From Macrostomum lignano (lineage: Eukaryota): DNA of 64,000 bases. This document shows positions 1 through 20,589 of the stretch, piece by piece; within the stretch, counting starts at the first letter, position 1; every line of letters begins with the position of its first letter. Where the stretch lies: NCBI GenBank assembly GCA_002269645.1, contig NIVC01003672.1:42664-106663 (forward strand), given 5' to 3'. The position numbers were made by a program, and so were the translations under genes. Below the pieces are notes generated by a model. That model saw only the letters and a list, made by a program, of their open reading frames with translations, was not told the DNA's origin and did not search any database.

Positions 1-1005
1 TGGGGATAGAGGTTGAGAGTGGATAGAGGCTGAGAGTAGAGAGAGGCTGAGAGTGGAGAGGCTGAGAATAGAGAGGTTGAGAGTAAATAGAGGCTGAGAG
101 TAGAGAGGTTCAGAGTAGAGAGGCTAGTTCACGTTGTTCTCAATCCCATTCCACTATACATGTAGTTTTTATCTAATGTGACTAAGCCAGGTGCTTTTAG
201 TGCAGGGGTTGGCAAACTTTTTACCTCGATTGAGAACCCAGCTCATGACTGCCCTTCTAGTCCGCTTCGTTGGCCCCCAAAGCGAAGCGAGGAGTCCTGA
301 TGACAGAGCGGGCCAGAGGTGAGGAGAGAGGGTAAGGAATAGAGAAGAGAAATACAAGCATAGGATAAACGAGAGGCGAAGGAATAAAGGAGAAGAGAGT
401 TGATGAGAGGAGAGATTATATACGAGCGGAGAGAGAGGAGAAGGGAGATTAATGGAGAGGAGAAAGGAGGGAAGGGAGAAGAAAATGAAGAGGAAAAGGG
501 AGATGAATGATGATAGCAAAGAGGTGAGAAGAGAGGAGAGGATAGACATGAGGAGAAAGGAGAGGAGAGAGGTGAGGCAGAGATGAGAGAGGAGAGGGCA
601 GAGATGAGAGAGAGAAAAGATGAGAGGAGAGGGCAGACATGAGAGAGAAAAGATGAGAGAAGAGGGCAGACATGAGAGAGAGAATAGATTAGAGAGAGGG
701 CAAGAGATGAGAGGAGAGGGCAGAGATGAGAGGAGAGGGCAGAGATGAGAGAGAGAAAGATGATACAGGAGAGGGCAGAGATGAGAGAAAGAAAGATGAT
801 ACAGGAGAGGGCAGAGATGAGAGAGAAAAGAGAGAAGAGGGCAGACATGAGAGAGAATAGATAAGAGAGAAGAGGGCAAGAGATGAGAGAGGAGAGGGCA
901 GAGATGAGAGAGAGAAAAGATTAGAGACGAGAGGGCAGAAATGACAGAGAAAAGAAAAGAGACGAGAGTGCAGAGATGAGAGAAAAGATGAGAGACAAGA
1001 GGCAC
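1..1005. repeat. Polypurine (GA-rich) low-complexity and minisatellite region
   Basis: AGAGAGGCTGAGAGT-type units at 1-120 and GAGAGGAGAGGGCAGAGAT-type units at ~310-1005. Confidence 0.9.
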
Positions 1006-1484
1006 TCCAATTTTTGCTTACTTCTATCATAACTAATACCTTTACCCTCTACCTTTAACTTTTAACATATACAAACAACACGTCAGTTTTAGTATATTGA
1101 GATACGTTTGAAACTATTATCCATGATACAAAAATCAAATGTCTTGTGCTAGTAGTGCTACTAGCTTTAGTAGGTAGTAATACCTGCTATAAAGGGAAGT
1201 GTTTTTTGTTTTACTTAGTCTAATTTCACTAACGAAATCTGTCTTCTCCGAGACTTAAAGCTACGTCATACCCCACCCCAATCACAGCCAATAGGAAATG
1301 AGGAAATATATAGACCTATTCCTATCCAAGCAGCCATTCAAAGCTGTGGCCATCTTGGTGTGTGGCCATCTTGGTCATGTGCCATTAAATGCTTGCTAAG
1401 CCAAAATGCATGCTAGATTCTGGCATGAATAATGTCTTTTGGAATATATAGAATTGGAGTAGATCTAGCTTATCTAATTGGTTC

Positions 1485-2085
1485 CAGGTCATTTTGTAAA
1501 ATACCATTTCATCAAAAGCTTTTTTGTCAAACAGTAAATTGGTCATTTCGTCAAACAGTAGATAAAATAGAGCCCACTGTAATTAATTTTTAAATAATTT
1601 AATTAGTTTTTTAAATAAATAATTTAATGTCAAGATAAATCTATATCAAAAGGACATCACTACCTTTTGTTTAAGTGAAGGGTTTCTAAGAATGAAACAT
1701 AAAAAAGGATAACCCTAATCTTAACTTTTAATTTTTCCCTTTACATCTTGATTCTTAGCTTTGTGAAATTATGCTCTTATTATATTATTTCATTCATATT
1801 AGTACCAAGAATGGTACAACTGCATGGTTTTTATATTTTATTATGCAATTATGAGTAATCTGACTAGCTAACTACTACGATTTGTGCCTTTTCTTAGAAA
1901 CATTATTTTAAACAAGCAGTATACTTCTTTTTTAATGCTGACCTATTGAGTATACATGCGACTAATCTAGAGTAACTTCAATTTACATTTGAAACTAGGC
2001 ACACACTTTGACGAACTAACCAAGTGACTATTTGACAAAAAGGCTTTTGACAAAAAGGTTTTTGATGAAATGACCAATCACCATC
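1485..2085. mobile_element. Possible MITE with repetitive inverted ends
   Basis: TTGGTCATTTCGTCAAA and TTTCATCAAAAGCTTTTTTGTCAAA (~1490-1555) are mirrored by TTTGACAAAAAGG...TTTGATGAAATGACCAA (~2030-2077). No TSD was established. Confidence 0.45.
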
Positions 2086-3707
2086 TAATCCTAATTAACT
2101 ATAATATAGGCCTAGTCTTAATGACAATAATGATTTTAGATAATGGTAGAAAATGTGCAAAATATAGTAAGAAATTCTACAAAAAAATCAATATAAAAAA
2201 TATAGAAGGTTATAGAAGTGAGGAAAAGTAATACAAAACTCTTATTATTCTATTACCCTGAAAAAATTCCATTAGGCCTGCTAACACTAATACTAGGCCT
2301 ACAGATCAATGGGCCATTTATTAATAATAATAGAATGCCCAACACTGTGCTGTGTGCATTCTAGATACATTATCTCCATTGAGGCAATAATAGGCCTATT
2401 GTCATAGGCTACTTATAAATTTTAATTGATACTTGTAGTAATGAAAACGATTATCCTAATTATATGCTTCCATGCTAGCATTGAGATAGGTGTAGTGTTC
2501 AGTCGTTTTTATAGGTGATATGTATGGTGACATTCTAAAAAAATCTTTATTTTAAAAATCAATAATATGAATATGAATATGAGCAATATGAAACTATTAT
2601 GTGACAATGTCATTTCGTCCGCGTTTCAGCACTGTACACAAAAACTGGGCAGGTAAGGCAAGCTTGCAGGCATTGCATGTGCCACGTAAAAAAAAGATGT
2701 TGTTGTTGACCAGCCGTCGCGGCCGCGTGGGTAACAAATTCGAAAATTGGAATTTAGTTTAGAATCTTTCTACGAAATGAAGCGGCTTAACGATGTGTGT
2801 TTATTTCATTCTTGAAAATTATCTGCAAAGTGTTTTTTTGAACCCAAAAGTACTTAAAGTTTTTATATTTTTACGTAAAATTGAGCTAAAAATGAAACTA
2901 TTTTTATCTATGGAAAACAAACTAACATTTCAACTGGTGCAACATTGAATATTTTAAATTTCTGATGCCGGACTGGCGGACTCTGTCTGGGATTGAGACT
3001 AGTCTTTTACCTATGCTTGGCTTTTATATTCGTTTATAAGTTAAAAACGAAGCCCACAAGAAGTAAGCAACCTTTTTCTCTATTGATAAGGGGTCCATTT
3101 TTTCCTAGATTAATGATGTGCTTCTTTCTCTGTGCGACGGTACGAGTACAGCTTCAGCTTTATATTAATGCGTTTGCATCCACTCAAATACTTCTAATGT
3201 TTAAAAAGCTTTTATGAGTGTTATTCCTTTTCTGAATTTAAAGTAGGTTTCCTTGATTGAGGGCTAGGAATGATCCGTTCTCTGTATACTCGTATCGTAT
3301 GTCATTTAAGGATGAGTGGATGACTTAACGGACCTGAAACTTCGTTTCTTAAAAAAACATTTTGATGGTTGAATTTTGCGCAAAAAATACGCAGCGGCAA
3401 CAGGAACTTACGTTAGTAAGTTTGCAATAACTGTTTATTTTCGGCGCTAAAATAGAAATAGTTTTATCTTGGAGGCAGATCGAATGTTCAAGCATAACAC
3501 TCCTGTTTGATTGCTCCATTGATTTTGTAACGAATGATGCTTAAAAAGCGACGTTTCCTGTCCTTCTGCTTAGTCTTAGGTCGTCCTTGATACCATCAAT
3601 GTTAATTTTTATTATAGCTTTTCAAAATTTTTCATTTCTTCAAAGGTTGAGCTGAGCTGTTAAGCTTGTTTTACAATTTTGTTAGAGCTGTTGAGTAGTA
3701 GTTTTAC

Positions 3708-3876
3708 CAGGAGATGATCCAGGGGTGGTCAAGGGGGCCATGCCCCCTCAGCCGTCGCCAAAAAATTGGGCCATACTTTTTGGCTGGTAACTATCCAAGG
3801 CATTTTTTTATTTTGGGTAGTAATTGCGTGGTTTAGATTACCCCCACCCTTCAAAAATTTTCCGGATCCGCCCCTG
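3708..3876. mobile_element. hAT-type MITE, 169 bp
   Basis: Imperfect 13-bp TIR (CAGGAGATGATCC / CAGGGGCGGATCC) with exact 8-bp TSD AGTTTTAC (3700-3707, 3877-3884). Confidence 0.8.
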
Positions 3877-4931
3877 AGTTTTACTTCACTTGCCCTGTTC
3901 TAATTTTTAATGATTTGATTTGAATTCATTTGATTAATCTTTATATTTGTAGGTCCCTATATTAAAACTAACAGTGAGTGTGAAACAGAAATGTTGAATT
4001 TGATTTTTTGCTTAGTAGTTCATCTTGTAAAATATTTTGTTTAGCAAAATTCAATCTAGTACACCTATATGACATTCTTCAGCAAAAATATGCAAAGTGA
4101 GCGCAAGTCAAGTGAACACTTTGTCAACCATCAAACTTTGGAAGAGCCAAGCAAGCGCAGGTTTGTGTTGCTCACATCGAGTCAAATTCACAGCTCCCTC
4201 TTGGTTGCAAAATTATGCTGCTCACGGAAAAGCACTAGCTTGTTCATCTCGCATGGTGTGCTATATGTTAAATGTTTTCTTTTTGGTGATTGGGAAGTAT
4301 GCTAGTATTTACTGTCTCGATCAATGCTACTTTACTGAACGTCTTTTGCACTTCACTGCATGTATAGAGACGCTGCTCATGGACAATATTAGACCTATAA
4401 TATAGCACAATTACTATTATTGTCAAAGCTACACTTAGCTCAAATCAAAGGTTTGACCGAAAGGACGACTAAATTGAATGTAGAATGTGATTGGTCAGCA
4501 TTTTGATGTTCACTAAAGAACCATAAAATTGTAGCAGTTTGAATTACGGGGATACTGCATGTTCAAATATCCAGTATTATCTGATTGAAGTAGTATAACT
4601 GGGGATGTGAAACCATGTTTGCTTCTTTATTTTGTTTAGCTACTTTAAATTTCATCGCGCAAAAAAATATCGCTGTTAGATACGAGCTGGGCGTGTATCC
4701 TACGCTGGTTGGATTTTTCCTTCCCATGCATGGCTTTGCTCGCATATAGGCTATTAATTAATCCAATTGACTCGGCAAATACACCTGAGACTCCCTATCA
4801 CCTGATTATTGAATTCAGGTCTTCCTGCCGGCATTTGGATGGATGCATAGAAGGAATATATCCAATTCTAATGTGACAATAGAGCTCAGATTCAGAATAG
4901 CCAACCCAATTGCTAGGGGTGTTGCTATGGT

Positions 4932-5061
<130 letters not shown>

Positions 5062-5447
5062 CGACTCCCCAGCTGCTCTTATGTTTCAGCCATTTCATCC
5101 CTTCTCCTCCCTCCGCTCTGTGAGCAAAACGGTTGTGCAGCAGGCTTGCTACATTCCAAGTCTTTCCCAATCGTTAGTTCTCGTCTCCGCACCGATTCCC
5201 CATCAACTGTTCCTTTCCATCGCCCATCCCCAAAACCCCTTTGGGGTAAACGCTTCTTTTATAAACTATAACGACATTGCGGAGCCGAGAGCGCTACTCC
5301 AAAACAATCGACAAGCGGAACTCGCATGCCTTTCATGCTTTGGTATTTTTTCGCTAGTCTACGAGGAAGACTAAGACAGAATGTAACGGTCCTCCGGCTC
5401 AATAGCTCGTAGTAACTATATAATATAGTTTCTATTAAGTATACTAA

Positions 5448-11823
<6,376 letters not shown>

Positions 11824-12646
11824 GAATGTGGGAGCTACATCCTAAAATCCGAAACAGACATACATTATTTACATTTACAGTCATACGATATTTAGCTTTT
11901 TGCAATCCTTTGTGCAATAGAAGCGATCTATTTTTGCGGCTCTATAAAAAAGCATATTGATTTTATGGTTATTTAGCTAAACAAAATATTTGAGGCAGCC
12001 AAAATTTTTCTGATTATTTTGCTGTCACAAATCTTTACAAATGTAAGTGTAAATATATTTGCTTTTATGCTATAATTCGTCCTTTTCGTCATAATATACG
12101 GGTATTTAATGTACTGAATATATCTGATATTGATCACTAATTGCAATACGAGGACTGCACTGTAGTAACAATACTGTAGTTAACTATATGTAGTATATAC
12201 ATAATTTTACTGGCTGTTGTCCTTGGTGCAATATTATAAATTTGAAAGAAAGATTAAATATTTTGATTTTAAATGTTATCTTGATATCTATATTTTTACG
12301 ACTATTTACGGAAGTTTAGTTGGTTTTTTAATAATGCTTTGTTATAATATTTTAGTCTCAGTAGGTGTACTTACTTATCAGTCTTTTCTTTTATTTATTC
12401 GTTTGTTTATTATATTTAGTCGGATGAACATATTTTAGCTGCATTCACGTACCTACCCAACTAGTTTTTATACATCTACTTTATATGTGCATCGTTACGA
12501 AGTTTAGTTTCTTGCATTAGCTAATCTGTTTGTTATAATAAATGTTGTACACCGGTACATTTACTATCTGTTGTGTATGAGTGTGCATATGCATGTGTGT
12601 GACACTGAAGCTTGGGCTATACTCGTATGAATATTACTGTCTATGG

Positions 12647-12654
12647 TATAAATA
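12647..12654 (+). promoter_or_regulatory. TATA box in the LTR, followed by a CACGTG E-box
   Basis: TATAAATA at LTR position ~79, present in both LTRs; position is typical of an LTR promoter. Confidence 0.5.
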
Positions 12655-12857
12655 CACGTGACGGCCTAGAGAGACGGCCATGCCCTCTGAGCTTTAGTTT
12701 CATCAGACCGCGCGCTATAGAAGATATAACCCTCTCGGCTTCGCGATATATAACATGGCGTCGCAAGCAGCCAGAGAAGAAGCCCACGAATAAGAAGTCA
12801 AGGCTAAGCAAGAGCAAGATTGCAGAGCTGCAATTGTTCTGGGGCGTTCCTGTAGAA

Positions 12858-15800
12858 ATGCCTCCAAAGCCGAAAATTGACTTAAAAAGCGCTCCACACT
12901 TCGACCTCGAATCTCAGAAGGCCGTATTCCCACAATGGAAGCAGTTGTGGGAGGCTTTTGAGGAACTATCAGGCCTGAACGACATCGAGCAAGAGGCCGA
13001 GAAGAAGAAGTTCCAACTCTTCCTTTGCGACACTGCCTGAGTCTGGAGACCCTACGAGTGGTGGACAGCTTACCTCAGCTACTAGGAAAGGATAAAGACG
13101 ACGCCAAGGAGATCATCAAGGCCCTGGAAGCATTCATCACCGAGCAGAAGAACGAGATATTCGAGAGGAGGGAATTCTGGCTACGAAATCAAGCAGAAGG
13201 TGAGAGCTTCAATGATTGGTACGTGTCCATCAAAGAAATCTCGTCCAGGTGCAACTTCGAGCGATGCTGTGACGGGTGCGCCGAATACCAGCTCAGAGAC
13301 AGAATTGTCATGGGACTTCGCGACCCCAGCACTGTAGAGAAGTTGCTAGAGGAAGGCAGTGAGCTAACGCTGGAGAGAGCAAAGACCATTTGTGAGTCGA
13401 TGGAGAGTTCGAGGAAAAACTGCGCCATAATGAAGGGCGAGACACCGACCGTCTCCGCTGTGCGACACGCGTCAAGCTACCGGAAGGCCAAGCGGACTGG
13501 AGCAGCGGAGAATCGACAGGCAGGAAGACCTGTTCAACAGAGCCGGGCGAAACATCCTGGTCAAGCCTGCAAGTTCTGCGGACGAGAGCACGAGGTCGGC
13601 AAAGAGAAATGTCCGGCCTGGGGGAAGTCGTGCACAAAGTGCGGCAAGCTCAACCATTTCGCTAAGCAGTGCAGAAGTGGACAGTCAGCCAAGCACGGCG
13701 AGAGAGTCCACTCAATTTTCGCCGCAACTGGCGCACAAGGGACCTCAGCATGCTGTGTGGAGGTAAAAATTCGCACCCCTGACGGAACAAAGACCATCGC
13801 CGCCTTACCGGACACAGGCGCTTTCATAGATGCCATCCCTGAGAGCTTGATGCCTATTGTAGGAGCAGATATGAACAACCTACATCCTTCAGACATCAAA
13901 CCCAAGGCAGTCGACGGCCGGCTATTAAAAGCCAAGGGCTCGATTCAGCTGCAAGTATCCATGGGTGAAACTGAGCTGCAGCGTACGTTTCACGTCCTCA
14001 GCGGAATATCCATCATGATTCTATCAAGAGAAGCGTGTCGTGATCTGGGTATCATTCCAAGAAACTTTCCAAAGCAAATCGTGGCAAGCATGAATCAGCA
14101 CGATACCAACGCTGGCACAGAGGAGGACCTAAAAAAAGAGTTTTCGGACGTGTTCACCGGAAAAGTTGGCAGAATGGCTGGTGAGATGTTCAGAATTAAA
14201 CTATCAGCGGACGCAAAGCCGTTTGCCATTTCGACCCCGAGAAGAATTGCGGAACCGCTCAAGTTACAGCTCAAGAAGGAACTGGAGGATCTCGAGCGAG
14301 ATGGGATCATAGCAAAGGTCACAGAGCCTACGGAATGGTGTGCGCCGATCACCGTGCAGCCAAAGAAAGGCCAGAGCAAGATAAGAATGTGCGTCGACCT
14401 ACGGTGCTTAAACAAATACGTCATCCGAGAGCGCTACGTCAGCCAAACGCCATTTGAAGTTGTGTCAAGTGTACACAAGGGCGCCAGGTTCTTCACAACC
14501 GTTGATGCCACGAAAGGATACCACCAAGTGCCACTGGATGACGCGTCACAAATACTGACAACTTTTATCACACCATTCGGACGGTACAAGTTCCTACGTG
14601 CCCCCTTTGGACTGTCGTCCATATCGGAGCATTACAATAGGCGTGTGGATGAAGTGCTAGAGGGACTGAAGAGCACCTATCATATTGTGGACGACGTACT
14701 GCTGGCTCACGACGACTTTGACGAGCATCGCCGTGCTGTTCGTGAGTTTCTGCAGCGATGCAGGGACCGCGGCATCAGCCTGAATCCAGAGAAGTTTGTG
14801 TTTGCTCAGCCCAGTGTGACATTTGCCGGATTCCAGTTGGACTCGAAAGGATACGCTATAGACCCTGCCATAGTGAAGGCGATTCGAGACTTCCCGAAGC
14901 CAGAAAATCTGACCGACCTCAGAGCGTTCTTCGGACTAGTGAATCAGATTGGGTTCTGTAGTGACAAGATAGCTTCCCTCGGTGAGCCGTTGAGAGAGTT
15001 GTTGAAACCGAGGAATGAGTTCATGTGGAGCTGCGAACACGAAAAAGCATTTGACAGCATGCGGAAAGAACTAAGCAATGTTCCTACAATGGCCTACTAT
15101 GACCACACGAGGCAGACAGCACTGCACACGGATGCGTCTCGACTGAAGGGGCTTGGATTCGTGCTCAAGCAAAAGCAAGACAATGGCATTTGGAAAGTGG
15201 TTCAAGCAGGCTCGCGGTTCATTTCGGAGACAGAGAGGCGATACGCCATGATTGAACTGGAGCTGTTGGCAGTCGTATGGGCGGCAAAGAAATGTCGTCT
15301 GTTCCTCGAAGGACTGCAGAATTTTGAGATAATCATCGACCACAAGCCGTTGGAGCCGATTTTAAATAGATACACCTTGGATCAGATTGAGAATCCGAGG
15401 CTTCAGAGGTTGCGACAGAAACTGGATTGCTTCCAGTACACGGCTCGATGGGTGAAAGGCAGTGACCACAAGGCCGCCGATGCCTTGTCAAGAGCCCCGG
15501 TAGAGCCGGCAACCAAAGACGAAGAACTTGCGGAGGAGCACGAGAGCAACATCATCATGGCTATTGATGAGATTCAAGCTTCTGAAGCAGAGTTGACGCG
15601 AATTGCCAGAAGAGACCAGGAGTACCAGGAGCTGAAGCGATTGGTTCAGCAAGGATTCCCTAACGAGAAGGGAAACGTACCGGTCCATCTAAGACAATTT
15701 TGGAACATCCGCGACAAACTAGCAGTCGAGCATGACTTGATCGTAGTAGGAAGGCGATTGCTCATTCCCAAGGAGATGCGAGCAGAAGTCCTGAATAGGA

Positions 15801-16894
15801 TGCTCAAGATGCATCAGGGAGTCGTTAAGATGAAAGAGAGAGCCAGAATGACTTTCTATTGGCCGGGAATCGACAACGATATAGAAATGTCAGCCAGGAA
15901 GTGTATCCCGTGCCAAGAGACTTTGCCTAGTCAAGTAAAGGAGCCGATGGTTGTGAGAAAGGAACCGGAACGCGTCTTTCAAGAAGTCCATGCCGACTTG
16001 TTTCAATTCGCTGGGAAGATGTTCCTGGTGACTGTGGACGGAAAGTCTGGTTGGCCAACACTAGACTACTTCGGAACTGATGCCTCAACGTACAAGGTGA
16101 TCAACGTGCTGCGAAGACGTTTCTGTGAGAAGGGCGCGCCGGAGGTGTTATGGTCAGACAATGGACCGCAATTCACAGCCAAGCCATTTCTGGGATTCTT
16201 GCGTCGTTGGAATGTGGAGCAGAGGACATCATCCCCCACGTACGCGCAGAGCAATGGGCGAGCGGAGGCAGCCGTCAAGGCAATGAAAAAGCTGGTGCGT
16301 GGAAATTGGAATCACGGAGCCAGAGAGCCGAACTGGGACGATCTCTGCCAGGGGATACTGATGTATTGCAACACTCCGCGATACGACGGCAGATCACCAG
16401 CACAGATGGTGTTCGGTCACGAGGTTCGCGATACCCTGCCAATTCACCGGAGAGCGTTCGCCAAGGAATGGCAAGCAGCAGCAGATGAGGTGGACAACAG
16501 GGCAGCGGAGAAGAGGGAGAGGATGGAGGTGTACTACAATAGAGCAGCTCACCAACTCCCAGCCTTGCGAGTGCGAGACAGAGTTGCAGTGCAGGACGCC
16601 CAGACCAAGCGATGGGACAAGTACGGCGTGGTGGTCGAGCTAATGAAAAACAACGACTTTCTAGTCAAGCTGACCAGCGGCCGGGTTCTTCGGAGAAACC
16701 GAAAGTTCCTACGGAGAAGGTTTCCAGCACATGCGGCGGAAGCTCGCTACCAGCCCAATACTGGCCCTGCGGACTCGCAAGGTACGAATGGAGCCAGAGG
16801 GCCGGAAGGACGATCAAGACCGTGGCATACGAGAAACCGTCGGCCACCCAACAGGCTTCAGATTGACCCCGCAAAAGTTCGTACGACTGACTGA
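12858..16894 (+). CDS. Gag-Pol polyprotein (gag with zinc knuckles, protease, RT, RNase H, integrase), with one frameshift near 12990-13025
   Basis: The 1289-aa ORF has CKFCGREH..C / CTKCGKLNHFAKQC, protease LPDTGA, RT HIVDD, RNase H TDAS..IELELLAV..IDHKPL, and integrase HQG..C..C, ADLF, SDNGPQF, SNGRAE. The gag N-terminus (MPPKPK..., ATG 12858) lies in a different frame. Confidence 0.93.
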
Positions 16895-17949
16895 CAAGAA
16901 GTCACATTGTAACTGAAGGGGGAGGTGTTGTGTATGAGTGTGCATATGCATGTGTGTGACACTGAAGCTTGGGCTATACTCGTATGAATATTACTGTCTA
17001 TGGTATAAATACACGTGACGGCCTAGAGAGACGGCCATGCCCTCTGAGCTTTAGTTTCATCAGACCGCGCGCTATAGAAGATATAACCCTCTCGGCTTCG
17101 CGATATATAACACTATCATTGAATTTTTTAAACAAAACACAAAACAGTGAGTTATTTTGTCTCATATGTATACCATTTATATACCATTTATTGTATTCTC
17201 TGGTGGTGCAGGCACAAAATTTGGCTATATATTAATCTGAAAAATATTAAATAAATATTATTTATGCGGGCGCATCTCTGGCTTTGCGGTAACTATATGG
17301 TCGGAATAATGAGCAATTCTCGATTTTTTTCTGCTATTTTTTTACTGACGGAACACAAATATTTTATTATCAATATTATTATGCGATATTAACTTCATCT
17401 CCTGCTCAGACAGGTGTCACACTGTATTTTAAGTGTAGCATATTAGACACTCAAATTAGAGTAAATTTACTCAAAGTAGCAACTACAAATCGACAGAGAT
17501 AGAGATAGTCATTCATCTGTTCACAAATCGAAGTGAATAATAATTATTATTATTGTGTACTATTAGCGTCGATTAACAACTTTAGAATTGGAACAAAAAA
17601 GTGGTTGATAGAAAAATTAAAGTAGAAGAAGCGTTTGGACTTTACTTTTTTTTAGCCAGAGTTCGACAAATTCGGTTCGGTATTGAGAGGAATTGTTTCT
17701 GCAACTGCAACACTTCCGGAAGCTGACGCAGATTAATAGTTCGAATAGTTAGCTGATATAAAATTCAGATAATTTTTTAAGGACAAAAAATACTCGTACA
17801 TTTACATGCATTTATGAACATATACATTAAGGCCGTAAGCGGATATTGTTGTTTGGTTGATTACGACTCTGAAATTGTCGTCTAGCAGTTGTCCTCAGAC
17901 GCACTCAAAAGATTACGGTCGACTTGTATTTTTCGACTCTGTGGGGACT

Positions 17950-19901
17950 GTCTGTACAGATTCTGTGGCAACTGTCTGTCTGTACAGATTCTGTGGCAAC
18001 TGTCTGTCTGTACAGATTCTGTGGCAACTGTCTGTCTGTACAGATTCTGTGGCAACTGTCTGTCTGTACAGATTCTGTGGCAACTGTCTGTCTGTACGGA
18101 TTCTGTGACAACTGTCTGTCTGTACGGATTCTGTGACAACTGTCTGTCTGTACAGATTCTGTGGCAACTGTCAGTGTGTACAGATTCTGTGGCAACTGTC
18201 TGTCTGTACAGATTCTGTGGCAACTGTCTGTGTGTACAGATTCTGTGGCAACTGTCAGTGTGTACAGATTCTGTGGCAACTGTCTGTCTGAACAGATTCT
18301 GTGGCAACTGTCTGTGTGTACAGATTCTGTGGCAACTGTCTGTCTGTACAGATTCTGTGACAAATGTCTGTCTGTACAGATTCTGTGGCAACTGTCTGTG
18401 TGTACAGATTCTGTGACAAATGTCTGTCTGTACAGATTCTGTGGCAACTGTCTGTCTATACAGATTCTGTGGCAACTGTCTGTGTGTACAGATTCTGTGG
18501 CAACTGTCTGTGTGTACAGATTCTGTGACAAATGTCTGTCTGTACAGATTCTGTGACAAATGTCTGTCTGTACAGATTCTGTGGCAACTGTCTGTCTGTA
18601 CAGATTCTGTGGCAACTGTCTGTCTATACAGATTCTGTGGCAAATGTCTGTCTATACAGATTCTGTGGCAACTGTCTGTGTGTACAGATTCTGTGACAAA
18701 TGTCTGTCTGTACAGATTCTGTGGCAACTGTCTGTCTGTACAGATTCTGTGGCAACTGTCTGTCTGTACAGATTCTGTGACAAATGTCTGTCTGAACAGA
18801 TTCTGTGGCAACTGTCTGTCTGTACAGATTCTGTGGAAACTGTCACATTCTGTGGCAACTGTCTGTCTGTACAGATTCTGTGGCAACTGTCTGTGTGTAC
18901 AGATTCTGTGACAAATGTCTGTCTGTACAGATTCTGTGGCAACTGTCTGTGTGTACAGATTCTGTGACAAATGTCTGTCTGAACAGATTCTGTGGCAACT
19001 GTCTGTCTGTACAGATTCTGTGGCAACTGTCTGTGTGTACAGATTCTGTGACAAATGTCTGTCTGTACAGATTCTGTGGCAACTGTCTGTGTGTACAGAT
19101 TCTGTGACAAATGTCTGTCTGTACAGATTCTGTGGCAACTGTCTGTCTACAGATTCTGTGACAAATGTCTGTCTGTACAGATTCTGTGGCAACTGTCTGT
19201 CTGTACAGATTCTGTGGAAACTGTCACATTCTGTGGCAACTGTCTGTCTGTACAGATTCTGTGGCAACTGTCTGTGTGTACAGATTCTGTGACAAATGTC
19301 TGTCTGTACAGATTCTGTGGCAACTGTCTGTGTGTACGGATTCTGTGACAAATGTCTGTCTGAACAGATTCTGTGGCAACTGTCTGTGTGTACAGATTCT
19401 GTGGCAACTGTCTGTCTGTACAGATTCTGTGACAAATGTCTGTCTGTACAGATTTTGTGGCAACTGTCTGTCTGTACAGATTCTGTGACAAATGTCTGTC
19501 TGAACAGATTCTGTGGCAACTGTCTGTCTGTACAGATTCTGTGACAAATGTCTGTCTGAACAGATTCTGTGGCAACTGTCTGTCTGTACAGATTCTGTGG
19601 AAACTGTCTGTCTGAACAGATTCTGTGGCAACTGTCTGTGTGTACAGATTCTGTGACAAATGTCTGTCTGAACAGATTCTGTGGCAACTGTCTGTCTGAA
19701 CAGATTCTGTGGCAACTGTCTGTCTGAACAGATTCTGTGACAAATGTCTGTCTGAACAGATTCTGTGGCAACTGTCTGTCTGAACAGATTCTGTGGCAAC
19801 TGTCTGTCTGAACAGATTCTGTGACAAATGTCTGTCTGTACAGATTCTGTGGCAACTGTCTGTCTACAGATTCTGTGACAAATGTCTGTCTGTACAGATT
19901 C
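17950..19901. repeat. 28-bp minisatellite array (TGTACAGATTCTGTGGCAACTGTCTGTC), ~2 kb
   Basis: About 70 copies with variants GCAAC/ACAAA and TAC/AAC. Confidence 0.97.
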
Positions 19902-20589
19902 TGGTGGGACTGCTACCATTAAAAATCGTGTCCAGTATTTTTCGACCTGTTTCTTCTGTCCTGTAGATTTTCAGCGCAGATTGTGAGCAACATAAAAATT
20001 TAAACGAAAGCCAAAAATGAAGAATGCAATTTGTGGAATTCGGTTGTTCTACTCCCATCATTAGTCGCTGTCGCTGTTGCACAGGCCGGCTCCCACGGCA
20101 TGCACCGGTGACAGGCCACACTTGCGAAAGGCGTCCTTGGCGCATGCTAGGCAGCTTCGTTGGGTCTGGCAGGACATCAAGGTGCCCGACAGGCAGCCCA
20201 GCTGCCGGCTGTCGCTTGTCGCAACCGACCGAAAAATTGCCGCAGAAACGGAGCTCAGAGCCGAACCGGCGGATTTTGAGCGGCAGACGGCGGCAGCGAA
20301 CTCCGAGACCTGACGGAGGCTGCAGGTGCGGAGGCCGCGACTGACGCATTCCAGGCAGTCTCTGCCGCCGCTTTGCTGCAGTTTGCAGCCAGTTAAAACC
20401 GGCTTCAGGCAGCCCAGCTGACCAAGCAGATTCGACTGGCTGACGGATGCAGCCAGGGGGAGCCTGGATAGCAGCTGAAGCAGAGCCAGCACTGCGACCA
20501 TCACTGTTGAAGTGCGGCGACACAGCTGGGATGAGACTGCTGCGGCCGATTGCAGCCGGGTGATTCACAAAGACAACTATCCGTAATTC

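Larger units (their letters stand above)
12569..17112 (+). mobile_element. Full-length Ty3/Gypsy (Mag-like) LTR retrotransposon, 4544 bp
   Basis: Identical 187-bp LTRs (12569-12755, 16926-17112; TG...CA). 5-bp TSD CTATC (12564-12568, 17113-17117). PBS TGGCGTCGCAAGCA directly after the 5' LTR, and PPT GAAGGGGGAGG at 16915-16925. Confidence 0.97.

Noticed and set aside
12612-12857. ORF starting inside the LTR (repeated at 16969-17235)
   Set aside because: TTG-start frame through LTR sequence; only the part from ATG 12858 looks like gag.
17882-19919. 657-aa and many overlapping Cys/Gln-rich ORFs
   Set aside because: They are translations of the 28-bp minisatellite, open in several frames on both strands.
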